A DNA stretch of 64,000 nt from an uncultured Verrucomicrobiae bacterium (GTDB lineage: Bacteria; Verrucomicrobiota; Verrucomicrobiia; Chthoniobacterales; UBA10450). Shown here one piece after another: positions 1 to 9,259 of this stretch. Each line of letters begins with the position of its first letter. Position 1 is the stretch's first letter. The position numbers and the translations under genes are program-made. The notes under the pieces were generated by a model. That model had not been told where the DNA came from and did no database searches. It worked only from the letters and a program-made list of their open reading frames with translations. The stretch covers positions 1 to 64,000 of the forward strand of contig CAWIBO010000002.1 in assembly GCA_963834385.1 (NCBI GenBank). The letters are read 5' to 3'.

Positions 1-4
1 CTAA

Positions 5-116
5 ATTACTTCTGCCTTCTTACTTCTCCTTCTGCCTTTTCCCCCAGTCCCCCTCTCTGCGTCCTCTGCGTCTCTGCGGTTAAACCCAGGCTCGACGGAG
101 TCTCGCCCTACCGGGG
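5..116. repeat. Composite intergenic repeat: TTCTGCC/TTACTTC 7-mers, CTCTGCGTC 9-mers and a REP-like element
   Basis: 5-84 closely matches 14790-14861. 85-116 (cccaggctcgacggagtctcgccctaccgggg) recurs at six other sites. Confidence 0.85.
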
Positions 117-165
117 AGCCCATTTTTTTTGCCCGGCGCGCACAAAGCCTGCTCTAGAAATTATA

Positions 166-1206
166 ATGTTTCCCTCCCTCCCTCTTCCATTCCGGCTGGG
201 GGCCGCGACGCTTCTGCTGGTCGCGGCTTTTTCCCCGCCGGCCCACGGCCATTCACCCACCGGCAGCAGCTGGGCCAGCGGCACGGTTTACTTCCAGATG
301 GCTCTCGGGCAGGCCGGACGCCTCCTGACCGACGGCAACACCTCCTGGGACCAGGCGGCCAGCCCGGCTGCGACCTACTGGAGCCAGAACGCGCAACGGA
401 CCAATTTCGTGGCCGTGACCAACTCGGCCGCGCCGATCAGCCGGGGTGACCGGGTGAACTCGGTCGCTTTCGCCAGCACCTTCTTTGGCAGCTCGTTCGG
501 GTCGAACACCCTCGCCATCTGCGGATGGTCGCGCACCGGGTCGACCACGATCGAGGCCGACATCCTTTTCAACAACGCCATGAGCTGGGATTCCTACCGC
601 GGAAACCTCCGGTTCGGCAGCGGCGGCCGCGCCATCGGCGAGATCCGCCGGGTTTTCCTCCACGAAATGGGACACGCCATCGGGTTGAACCACCCCGACC
701 AGGCCGGGCAAAAGGTCTCGGCGGTGATGAACTCGGTGGTGAGCAACACGGAACTGCTGACCGCGGATGACGAGGCGGGCGCGCATTCGCTTTACGGCAA
801 GCCTTCCTCGAGTCCGAGCCCGACGCCGTTGCCGACGCCGGTGCCCACCCCGCAGCCGTCGGCCACGCCGAACGCCACGCCGCCGGCCACTGCCACAGTG
901 AGCCTGTCGGTGGCGCCGAGCAACATTCGCAAGGGCGAGACCGCCACGTTCCGGGTGACCCTGAGCGCGCCCCGGCCCTCCTCCACCACGATCGGTTTCT
1001 ACATGAACGGCAGTGCGCGTTCGGGAAGTTACTACCGGCTGAGCGCCTCGCAGTTTGTGGTCCCGGCGGGTCAAACCTCGGCCACGGTCACGCTGACGGC
1101 GTTGAGCGGGTCGAAGAAGGTCAAGACCGCCACGATGAATCTCACGGCCGGCTCGGGTTACTCCCTCGGCTCGTCGAAAACTTCCACTGCTTCCATCACT
1201 CGATAA
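166..1206 (+). CDS. Secreted matrixin-family (metzincin) zinc metalloprotease with Pro/Thr linker and C-terminal beta-sandwich (Calx-beta-like)
   Basis: Signal peptide, HEMGHAIGLNH (HExxHxxGxxH), Met-turn SAVMNS, EADILFN motif, PSPTP linker. Confidence 0.85.
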   Translation: MFPSLPLPFRLGAATLLLVAAFSPPAHGHSPTGSSWASGTVYFQMALGQAGRLLTDGNTSWDQAASPAATYWSQNAQRTNFVAVTNSAAPISRGDRVNSVAFASTFFGSSFGSNTLAICGWSRTGSTTIEADILFNNAMSWDSYRGNLRFGSGGRAIGEIRRVFLHEMGHAIGLNHPDQAGQKVSAVMNSVVSNTELLTADDEAGAHSLYGKPSSSPSPTPLPTPVPTPQPSATPNATPPATATVSLSVAPSNIRKGETATFRVTLSAPRPSSTTIGFYMNGSARSGSYYRLSASQFVVPAGQTSATVTLTALSGSKKVKTATMNLTAGSGYSLGSSKTSTASITR

Positions 1207-1223
1207 CCATCTGATTCCCCTCT

Positions 1224-1811
1224 ATGAAAAAACTACTCACTCTTCTCGCGCTCCTGGTGGCCTGCCAGAATCTGCCGGCCACTTCCGTTGTCCCGCCCAC
1301 GTTTGACCAGTTGGTCGGCCAGGCGGAGGCGATCTTTCACGGCCGTGTCACCTCGGTGCACTCTCTCTGGGTCGGCGAAGGCAGCCAGCGGCATATCGAT
1401 ACCCTGGTCACGTTCGAGGTGGCCGACGCGATGAAAGGCGGGCTCGAGCGCTCCTACACCATCCGGATGTTTGGCGGCACCGTGGGCGACGAAAGCATGG
1501 GGATCAGCGATGCGCCCGAGTTCCAGGTGGGCGACGAGGATATTCTCTTCGTGGAAAACAACGGCAGCCAGGTGGTGCCGCTGGTCGGGATCATGCATGG
1601 CCGGTTCCGCGTGGTCCGCGATGAGAACGGCAGCGAAGCGGTGCTGGAGGCCGGGCACGAAGCGGTCCGCGACGTGGCGCAACTGGGCCAGGCGGAGGAA
1701 AGCGTGACGCCGCTGGTGGGGCGGCATTTGAGCGCGGCGGAGTTCAAGGCGGCCATCCGGAGCCGGTTGCAGTCGCTGCCGGGCGGGGTGGCGGACCAGC
1801 ATCAGAACTGA
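1224..1811 (+). CDS. Secreted hypothetical protein, possible TIMP/NTR-like OB fold, partner of the metalloprotease
   Basis: Signal peptide MKKLLTLLALLVAC, 17 bp after the protease, motif LVGQAEAIFHGRV...GGTVG...PEFQVGDEDILFV. Confidence 0.65.
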   Translation: MKKLLTLLALLVACQNLPATSVVPPTFDQLVGQAEAIFHGRVTSVHSLWVGEGSQRHIDTLVTFEVADAMKGGLERSYTIRMFGGTVGDESMGISDAPEFQVGDEDILFVENNGSQVVPLVGIMHGRFRVVRDENGSEAVLEAGHEAVRDVAQLGQAEESVTPLVGRHLSAAEFKAAIRSRLQSLPGGVADQHQN

Positions 1812-1814
1812 TCG

Positions 1815-2066
1815 TTTAGACGCGGAGGCGCGGAGGCTGCAGAGGCGCTGAGAGGATTTTACCGCGGAGGCGCGGAGGGCGCAGAGAGGGAGAGGGGATG
1901 CGCCGGGGACGGCGCACGCTACAGCGTCGGAGAGCGGGCTGACGCGTGGCGGACTTGGACGCGCTGTAGCGTCCGCTGTCCTCAGCGGATTGGGAGCTGA
2001 AGCGCGGGAGCAGGAGCAGGATTAAGAGCAGGAGCAGGAGGGGAGGCGCCGGGGACGGCGCCGGGC
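1815..2066. repeat. Repeat cluster between convergent genes: 9-mer tandems, GTAG-type hairpins, GAGCAG hexamers
   Basis: cgcggaggcgcggagg tandems, gctgtagcgtccgctgtcctcagcgga hairpin with an inverted partner, (ggagca)n. Confidence 0.75.
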
Positions 2067-2069
2067 ACC

Positions 2070-2411
2070 CTATTCCCGGACGGCGGTGGCTTCCTTGCCT
2101 TTGCGGTCGCGGAGATAATTGAGCTTGGCCCGGCGGGCTTTGCCTTGTTTCTCCACTTCCACCTTGGCAATGCGAGGGCTGTTCACGGGGAACACGCGCT
2201 CGACTCCTTCGCCGTAGGAAATGCGGCGGACGGTGAACGTTTCATTCAGTCCGCGGCCTTTGCGGCCAATCACGATCCCGGCGAAAATCTGGATCCGCTC
2301 CTTGTCGCCTTCGCGCACGCGGGTGTGCACCTTGACGCCGTCGCCGACGTTGAACTTGGTGGTGTCCGTCTTGATCTGCTCGCGCTCGATGGCGTCAATG
2401 ATGGGGTTCAT
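2070..2411 (-). CDS. rplS: 50S ribosomal protein L19
   Basis: [10 protein letters not shown]...[11 protein letters not shown]...[18 protein letters not shown]...RRAKLNYLR; start moved to ATG at 2411 (113 aa). Confidence 0.97.
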   Translation of the reverse strand: MNPIIDAIEREQIKTDTTKFNVGDGVKVHTRVREGDKERIQIFAGIVIGRKGRGLNETFTVRRISYGEGVERVFPVNSPRIAKVEVEKQGKARRAKLNYLRDRKGKEATAVRE

Positions 2412-2544
2412 AAAAATCAGGGTTCCCCGGGTTAAACGCCGCCGGCCAACGAGGGGCGACCGGCAGGGCGGGGAGGGTGGATTATGCCTGAAAAACGGTC
2501 CCGTGCAACTAATTGGCCCGACGGGGGAGGGGGCAGGGGCGGCG

Positions 2545-2756
2545 TGAGTGGTGAATGGTGAATTGTGAATGGTGGGGGGGGGCGCGTTGGGGGCTCTGAT
2601 CACCGTTCACGGATCACCGATCACATCCGCAGCGGCGGTGCCCGGGAGCACGAGCACGAGCACGAGCAGGAGCAAGAGCAGGAGCAGGAGCAGGAGCAAG
2701 AGTAAGAGCGCCGCGGGGCGGCGGCACTATTCACGATTTACCATTCACGATTCACG
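2545..2756. repeat. Nested short tandem repeat array: (GTGAATN)n, (TCACCGN)n, (GAGCAN)n, inverted (TTCACGA)n
   Basis: Directly visible tandem 7-mers and 6-mers. Confidence 0.85.
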
Positions 2757-2843
2757 TCCCGATAGCGAAGCGCGAGGGTTGTGCCCGCGGCGGGGGCGGA
2801 TATAGTGCGCCCCGCTTCCCTGGAAAGGGAGCATTGGACAGGG

Positions 2844-2920
<77 letters not shown>

Positions 2921-2939
2921 CTAACAGAGGATTCGTTTT

Positions 2940-3104
2940 ATGATAAAAACTCGTCATCTCATGTTTCTTGGCCTCGCCTCGTTGTTCCTGGGCGCCTGTG
3001 CCCAACGCGAAGTGATGGTGGAAGTGCCGGCCACGTCTGCTGCTGCCGCCACCACCACGACCACCACGACAACGGCCACGGTCGAGCCGAGTCCGGCGCC
3101 GTAA
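2940..3104 (+). CDS. Small Thr/Ala-rich lipoprotein, 54 aa (not in the ORF track)
   Basis: Hand translation MIKTRHLMFLGLASLFLGACAQREVMVEVPATSAAAATTTTTTTTATVEPSPAP; lipobox LGAC; AGAGG upstream. Confidence 0.7.
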   Translation: MIKTRHLMFLGLASLFLGACAQREVMVEVPATSAAAATTTTTTTTATVEPSPAP

Positions 3105-3139
3105 ACGGCGGGGCGGACGCGGCGGCGCGACGACACCAT

Positions 3140-3378
3140 GGAGGGACGAGCTTCTGCTCGTCCTACAGGGGTTTTGCTTATGCGGGTGGAGACGCGTGCT
3201 CCCAGGCTCGACGGAGTCTCGCCCTACCGGGGGGAGGGAGGAGCGTGAATCGTGAATGGTGAATCGTGAATAGCAGGGGGCGCCCGCTTTTTGGTGGGGT
3301 AACGATCTGCCCTGACAGAAACTTGTTCCGGCCTTAAATCTCGGTGACCTCTGCGTTCTCCGCGTCTCCGCGGTAAAA
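3140..3378. repeat. Composite repeat cassette, copy 1 (GGAG hairpin, REP-A, (GTGAATN)4, 9-mers)
   Basis: Collinear with 6162-6417 and 6431-6627. Confidence 0.9.
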
Positions 3379-3394
3379 ATGCCGTCGGCGCGGC

Positions 3395-4314
3395 CTAAAA
3401 CGTGGTCGTGATTCGATAATATCGCTGCGAAGCCGGCGGGGCGGGATCGGTCACCACGACCTCGGTGGCCGAGGCCGAGGGGGCAATGTTGGCGAGCGTC
3501 ATCCACGTTCCCGCGGTCAGGGAGTCGCGAAATTCCGCGGTGTAAGGCTGTCCTGCCAGCGCGTCGAACCTGAACTGGATCGTGCTCCCGACCTTCTGGA
3601 TCGATTTGATCACCGGCGTGACCGGGATCACGTATTGCACGGTCAGAGTGGGCCGGTTGCTGGTCTCCTCGCTGGAAGCGAAGTGGCGCAGGGTCCGGCC
3701 GGTGGTTTCGGACTGGGAACGAAGCAGCCAGCCGAAGTTGCTGGAAGGGCGTGTTCAGCCATTGTTTGACGTCGGCGACAAGCGTTCGCGGTGGAGGCAA
3801 AGGTGTAAGTGCCGATTCCCTGAACAAACCGGGTGGCGCTGATGGTGCTCGAGATATCGGTGGCCGCGGAAGCCCCGGCGGCGCCCCAGGGGGTGGCGGA
3901 GTGGAAGCGATTGTTCCAGGTTACTTCACCCGTGACCGCCGCGCGCCCGGCGTCACCGCTGGCGCTGGTGCCGGTGCCTTCGCCCCAGTCGACCAGGAGC
4001 CGACGCAATTCAAAGGTGGAGTCGACGGGAGTAATGGGAGTTGCCACCACGGTCAGGGTGAGGGTGGCTGCCTGGATGGAGGCATTGGTGGGGATCTGAC
4101 CAACGAGATTGAACCGGATGAGCCCGCGGGTGCGCTTGACGTTTGAGTTTGCCCCGGCGGTGACGCGATCGTTGCCGCCGGTGTTGTTGTTCGGCTGCGG
4201 CTCGAAGAGGGTGGCGTCGGTGCTGGCGGTCAGCGCCACCGTTCCGGCCCGCGCGGCCAGCCCGCTCACGAGGACGAGGAGAGCGACGAGTAGGTAACGG
4301 GGGAAAACGGACAT
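3395..4314 (-). CDS. Secreted DNRLRE-domain protein with C-terminal beta domain; two apparent frameshifts (about 3783 and 3745)
   Basis: Signal peptide, DATLFE...RGLIRFNL...IQAATLTL. Removing two single bases gives LVADVKQWLNTPSSNFGWLL...RPTLTVQY, which joins ORF 3395..3640 ending RYYRITTTF. Confidence 0.75.
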
Positions 4315-4380
4315 GCGAGGAAGGGCGCCAAAGAATCCGAGATTGCGCGCCGGTCCCGTTGTTAAGACAATGGGACGTTT

Positions 4381-5166
4381 ATGACAAGTTCTCCCGTCTT
4401 TTCGCGCCCTCTCTTCGTCTGCCTAAGCCTTTTTGCGGCCTTGATCCTCCCGGCGGCAGCGCAGGTCTCCAGCATTAACCCGGTGGCTGACTCCTTTGTT
4501 ACTCCCGGATCGGATGGAAGTTTGGGGGGCAATAATTACGGCGCGGCGGGCATCATGGGTCTCGCGCCGGCCGGAAAGACGCAGGGCGAATTCCAAAGTC
4601 TGTTGCGTTTCGATCTGGCCGCGACCAAAGCCGCCTTTGACGCCCAGTTTGGCGTCGGCCAATGGACGCTGGCCTCCGTGACCCTGCAATTGACCGCCGC
4701 GCCCGCCAACAACGCCATCCTGAACGAACCAAGCGCGGGCAGTTTTGCGGCCTCATGGATGCAGAACGACTCCTGGGTGGAGGGAACCGGGAACCCGAAT
4801 ACGCCGACGACCACTGGCATTACCTTTGACACGCTCTCCTCCTTCCTCGGCGGCGGGGATGAGGCTCTTGGGACCTTTGCCTACAGTGGCGCGACCAGCG
4901 GAGCGACCATTTACACGCTTTCCCTGACGTCGGGGTTTGGCGCTGATCTGGCGGCGGGGAACCTGGTGAGCCTGCGCCTTCACGCCGCCGACTCGAATGT
5001 CAGTTACCTGTTTAACACCCGCAATTTCAACACGGCGGCGAGTCGGCCGGTCCTGACGGTGACGGCGGTGCCGGAGCCGGGAATATGGTTTCTGCTGGGG
5101 AGCGGGGTTTTCCTGGTGGCGGTGGCCGCTTTAAAGCGCTGGAGACTGGATACTTGGAAAGCGTAG
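4381..5166 (+). CDS. DNRLRE-domain protein with PEP-CTERM sorting signal
   Basis: ADSFV...NYG...SLLRFDL...RPVLTV, then VPEP, a hydrophobic helix and basic KRWR. Confidence 0.88.
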   Translation: MTSSPVFSRPLFVCLSLFAALILPAAAQVSSINPVADSFVTPGSDGSLGGNNYGAAGIMGLAPAGKTQGEFQSLLRFDLAATKAAFDAQFGVGQWTLASVTLQLTAAPANNAILNEPSAGSFAASWMQNDSWVEGTGNPNTPTTTGITFDTLSSFLGGGDEALGTFAYSGATSGATIYTLSLTSGFGADLAAGNLVSLRLHAADSNVSYLFNTRNFNTAASRPVLTVTAVPEPGIWFLLGSGVFLVAVAALKRWRLDTWKA

Positions 5167-5222
5167 GATCTGTTTTTTAATCTTGTTGACCTTGGCCTCG
5201 TGGCAGGCCTAAAAGCGCGCCT

Positions 5223-6077
5223 ATGAAACGCATCACCTTGACCTTTGTTTTCCTCTGCGCCCTCGGCGCCTTTGCCTTTGGCGGTGGCCAACCGCTCCCG
5301 GATACCGGGAAAGAGATGGCGCCGCCACCGCCGCTCCCTGACGCCTCCTGCTTCGAGGGCTGGTATTTCGGCCTCCATGTCGGCGGGCTGATCGGCGAGT
5401 CCGGCACCCGTACCTTTGTCGAGGAAGAATCACTCGGCGCGCAGGGTAACGGCTTCGTTTTTGCCTTCGATTCATCGCGGGAGGACGCCGAGTCTGCCTT
5501 CCAGGGCGGCCTGCATTTTGGCCGGAACTGGCAACGCGGAGGCTGGATCTTCGGTTTTGAGGCCGATCTTTCCGCCACGCACGTTCGGCAGAGTGATTTT
5601 GCCACGGCCGCGACCGAGCTCCCGAATGGTCCCCTCTATATCACGGGTGTCGAATCGCAGTCCGAGATCGATTGGTACAGCACCCTGCGTCCGCGTTTCG
5701 GCCACACCCTGGGCGATCGCGTCTTCCTTTATGGAACCGGCGGTCTTGCCCTTTCCAACGCCCGGACCCATTCGACCTCCGTCCTCACGGCCAGCACATC
5801 GGAGGGTGGCAGCACCTTCGCGGGTGAAAGCTCGACCGATGACGATATCAAGTTTGGCTGGACGGCCGGCGCGGGCATTGAATTTTGCCTGAGCCACAAC
5901 CTGATCCTGAGCTTTACCTATCTTTACGTTGACCTGGCGAACAGCAGCGTGACGACCGAGTTCAACGAAACCAGCGGACAGGTGGATCAAGGCGTTCGCA
6001 CCTATGATGCCATCACCCACACCTCCACGGGGAACAACTTCCACGTGGTCCAGGGCGGTTTGAGCATCAAGTTCTAG
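5223..6077 (+). CDS. Outer membrane beta-barrel protein (Omp25/Omp31-like)
   Basis: Signal peptide, GWYFGLHVG, LYGTGGLA, GWTAGAGIE, C-terminal Phe. Confidence 0.85.
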   Translation: MKRITLTFVFLCALGAFAFGGGQPLPDTGKEMAPPPPLPDASCFEGWYFGLHVGGLIGESGTRTFVEEESLGAQGNGFVFAFDSSREDAESAFQGGLHFGRNWQRGGWIFGFEADLSATHVRQSDFATAATELPNGPLYITGVESQSEIDWYSTLRPRFGHTLGDRVFLYGTGGLALSNARTHSTSVLTASTSEGGSTFAGESSTDDDIKFGWTAGAGIEFCLSHNLILSFTYLYVDLANSSVTTEFNETSGQVDQGVRTYDAITHTSTGNNFHVVQGGLSIKF

Positions 6078-6094
6078 ACAACCCTCCCGCAGCG

Positions 6095-6135
6095 AACGGC
6101 GGCCTCGGTTCATCCGATGCCGCCGTTTTGCTTTT
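6095..6135 (+). terminator. Intrinsic terminator after the porin gene
   Basis: aacggcggcctcgg-ttcat-ccgatgccgccgtt stem followed by ttgctttt. Confidence 0.75.
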
Positions 6136-6161
6136 CAGCGGGCGGGGCGGGCTGACCCAAC

Positions 6162-6627
6162 GGAGGGACGAGCTTCTGCTCGTCCCTTCGAGGGGTTTGC
6201 GCTTTTTTGCAGGTGGAGCGCGTGCTCCCAGGCTCGACGGAGTCTCGCCCTACCGGGGAGGGAGGAGCGTGAATCGTGAATTGTGAATTGTGAATAGCAG
6301 GGGAGCGCGCCGCTTTTGATGGGGCGGCGATCTGTGAACTTATTCCTCCCTCAGTGAGCTCTGTGGTCTCTGTGGTGAACCTGACCCCCTCAGCGTCCTC
6401 CGCGTCTCTGCGGTAAACCCTACCGGGGGATGGAGCGCGTGCTCCCAGGCTCGACAGAGTCTCGCCCTACCGGGGAGGGAGGAGCGTGAATCGTGAATGG
6501 TGAATCGTGAATAGCAGGGGAGCGCGCCGCTTTTGATGGGGCGGCGCTCTGTGAACTTATTCCTCCCTCAGTGAGCTCTGTGTGTCTCTGTGGTAAACCT
6601 GAGCCCCTCCGCGTCTCCGCGGTAAAA
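6162..6627. repeat. Composite repeat cassette, copies 2 and 3 (about 200 bp tandem duplication)
   Basis: 6214-6417 and 6431-6627 are near-identical and homologous to 3140-3378. Confidence 0.92.
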
Positions 6628-6635
6628 AACCAGCC

Positions 6636-6971
6636 TCAGGCGAGCGCTTCGATCCGGTCGAGCAGGTTCTTTTTGCTCGTCATCCCGGTGATCTGTTCCT
6701 GCACCTGTCCGTTCTTGAAGAGGAGCAGGGTGGGAATGGCGCGGATGTTGTAACGCGCGGAAAGGCTCTGGTTATGGTCGACGTTCACCTTGGCCACCTT
6801 GAGCGCGCCCGATTTTTCCTTCGCGATCTCGTCGAGAATCGGCGCGATCATCTTGCAGGGCCCGCACCATTCCGCCCAGAAATCGACCAGGACCGGGCTG
6901 CTGCTGTTGGTGACCTCGTTATCAAAGTTGTTTTCGTCCACCGTGACGGTGGCAGAGTTTTCTGTTGCCAT
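6636..6971 (-). CDS. trxA: Thioredoxin
   Basis: VLVDFWAEWCGPCKMIAP; ATG at 6971. Confidence 0.96.
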   Translation of the reverse strand: MATENSATVTVDENNFDNEVTNSSSPVLVDFWAEWCGPCKMIAPILDEIAKEKSGALKVAKVNVDHNQSLSARYNIRAIPTLLLFKNGQVQEQITGMTSKKNLLDRIEALA

Positions 6972-6973
6972 AA

Positions 6974-7720
6974 TCAGCCAAGATACGCCCAAATCTGCAG
7001 GAGCAAAACAATCGCGGAAAGACCGAAGATGCCCCAGCAGAGCGGAAGCGGGATCGCGTCGACATAATCGAGCAGTCCGCCGGTCCCGTGGGCAGCCGGG
7101 GCCGGCGCGGTCGAGGAAGCGACGCGCACACTGGCGGGCTGGGGACCGGGACGCGGCGAAGGCTGGGGCGCCAGCGGCTGGGTTTTCGCCATGGCCACGC
7201 GGGCTGGCGGGGTGACCGGGTCGGGCAAATCGGTGATCCGGGCGGTTTCCTTTTTTGGACCGGCGCTGGCTGATGGCGGAGGCACGGTGGAACCGGCCGG
7301 GGGACGAGGCGGTGTCGGCGCGGAGGGTGTCGGCGCGGCCGCAGCCGGCGGTTTCATGAAAGAAAGCGGAGAAGGAGCCGGCTTCGGCGCCGCGGCGGGC
7401 GGGGAGATGGGTGCGGCCGGAGGCTTGGGCGCAAAGGAAGGGGGCGCGGGCGGCCGCGGAGCCGAGGAGGGGGGCGCAGGTGCGGTGGCGCCGGGAGGCG
7501 GGGCCGCTGGCGTCGGCGGACGCGCCATTGGTGGCGCGGGTGGCCGGGGCGCGCCGGCGGAGGGGGCAGAAGGGGGACGCGGTGGGAGCCCGTTGCCGCC
7601 CGGCCGCGGTGGCAGGGTGATGCGAACGGTTTCGCGTTTTCGCGGACTTTCCGCTGCCGGACCGCGCGGCGGTAAAGTGATGCGAACAGTTTCTTTTTTG
7701 GGCTCGTTCGAATCACTCAT
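6974..7720 (-). CDS. Pro/Ala-rich disordered protein with repeated KxETxRI motifs and a C-terminal transmembrane helix
   Basis: KKETVRITLP, KRETVRITLP, KKETARITDLP; hydrophobic C-terminus; 2 bp from trxA. Confidence 0.75.
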   Translation of the reverse strand: MSDSNEPKKETVRITLPPRGPAAESPRKRETVRITLPPRPGGNGLPPRPPSAPSAGAPRPPAPPMARPPTPAAPPPGATAPAPPSSAPRPPAPPSFAPKPPAAPISPPAAAPKPAPSPLSFMKPPAAAAPTPSAPTPPRPPAGSTVPPPSASAGPKKETARITDLPDPVTPPARVAMAKTQPLAPQPSPRPGPQPASVRVASSTAPAPAAHGTGGLLDYVDAIPLPLCWGIFGLSAIVLLLQIWAYLG

Positions 7721-7864
7721 GATCTTGGCGGGGGGTTATTAGTCCGTGATTTCCGGGGTCGAAGTCAACACGAATGGACCAGCCCGGTGAAAATTATAAA
7801 ATCCGGGTGGAGCGTGTGCCGGAGCAACGACCGCTCATCCCTTACTCTGCCCCCGAAGCGCGCT

Positions 7865-9259
7865 TCAGGCAACGAGATCGTAACCGCGCGCCGCGGTGAT
7901 GCGCCGGTGAATGAACTCGCCCACGGGGGCGTTTTCCGAGAGAACAACACGCGCGTCCACGTCCGGCGCATCGGCCGCGGTGCGCGCGATGAGCGGGCTG
8001 TCCACCAGCATCTTCAGGTCGCGGCCGACCTGGGCCTGCGCGATTTCGCGCGCGATTTTCTGCTGCAGGGTCATGGCAATGCGATAACGGGCGTTCTTTA
8101 CCTTGTCCGGCAGCTGGCCCGGCATTTTGGCCGCGCGCGACCCTTCCTCGCGTGAGTAACGAAAAATGCCGAGGCGCTCAAAGCGCATCCGCTCGATGAA
8201 GGCGAGGAGCGACTCGAATTCCGCCTCCGTCTCGCCGGGGAACCCGACGATGAAGGTGGTGCGCAAAGCAATCCCGGGCAGGCGGGCGCGCAGGTCGCCC
8301 AGCAGATCCTCGATGTGCCCGCGGCTGGTCTCCCGCCGCATCCGGCCCAGCATCGCCTCATCGATGTGCTGCAGCGGCATGTCGATGTAACGGGCCACTT
8401 TCGAGCATTCCCCGATGGTGTCGATCAGCTCCCGGCTCCAATGCGCCGGGTGCGTGTAAAGAAGACGCACCCAAAAATCGCCCTCGATCTTCTCGATGTC
8501 GCGCAGGAGCGCAGCCAGGCCGGGGCCGCGCGAAGAATCGGCCGGCTGCCGCGGGCCGGCCTTCTCCGCCCACAGATCCATCCCGTAATAGGTGGTGTCC
8601 TGGCTGATCAGGTTGAATTCCCGCACGCCTTCGGCGACGAGCGCGCGCATCTCGGCCAGGATCGAGCCCGGCGGCCGGCTGCGATGGCGTCCGCGCATCT
8701 GCGGGATCACGCAAAAGCTGCAGGGATGATTGCAGCCTTCGGCGATCTTGACGTAGGCGCTGTGGGCCGGGGTGAGGCGAAAACGGGGCGTATCGTAATC
8801 AGGAATGTAGGTCGGGCGCGGCGTGACAAGGTTGGGCGCGCCGGTGACGGCGCCGGGCGGTTCGCCGGCGATTTTTTCGACCACGGCGCCGAGCTCGCGC
8901 ACCTGGTCGAGGCCGATGAAGGCGTCGACTTCGGGAAGCTGCTCGCGCAATTCGCGGGAGAAACGCTGCGACATGCAGCCGCTGACAATCAGTTTCTGGT
9001 GCTGGCGTCTGGCCAGGCCGCGTCCCTGGTGCGCCTCGAGAATGGCCTCGATCGATTCCTCCTTGGCCGAGTCGATGAAGGCGCAGGTGTTGACCACGAG
9101 CACATCGGCTTCGTCCGGGTCGGAGGTGATCTGCATGCCCCGCTCGAGCACGCTCCCGAGCATGATCTCGGCGTCGACGAGGTTCTTGGCGCAACCGAGA
9201 CTGATCATGCCGACGCGGGTCGGCCGCGTCTTATTCGACGCTGACGTCGGAGTCATCAT
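7865..9259 (-). CDS. rimO: Ribosomal protein S12 methylthiotransferase RimO
   Basis: SLGCAKNLVDAE, VNTCAFIDSAKEESI, CNHPCSFC radical SAM motif, PDVD, YDLV. Confidence 0.93.
   Translation of the reverse strand: MMTPTSASNKTRPTRVGMISLGCAKNLVDAEIMLGSVLERGMQITSDPDEADVLVVNTCAFIDSAKEESIEAILEAHQGRGLARRQHQKLIVSGCMSQRFSRELREQLPEVDAFIGLDQVRELGAVVEKIAGEPPGAVTGAPNLVTPRPTYIPDYDTPRFRLTPAHSAYVKIAEGCNHPCSFCVIPQMRGRHRSRPPGSILAEMRALVAEGVREFNLISQDTTYYGMDLWAEKAGPRQPADSSRGPGLAALLRDIEKIEGDFWVRLLYTHPAHWSRELIDTIGECSKVARYIDMPLQHIDEAMLGRMRRETSRGHIEDLLGDLRARLPGIALRTTFIVGFPGETEAEFESLLAFIERMRFERLGIFRYSREEGSRAAKMPGQLPDKVKNARYRIAMTLQQKIAREIAQAQVGRDLKMLVDSPLIARTAADAPDVDARVVLSENAPVGEFIHRRITAARGYDLVA

Noticed and set aside
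131..150. sigma54 promoter before the metalloprotease
   Set aside because: GG-N10-GC spacing is present, but the flanking match is weak and likely by chance at this GC content.
6162..6627. Possible CRISPR array
   Set aside because: The repeated units are about 200 bp with near-identical intervening sequence. There are no unique spacers and no cas genes.
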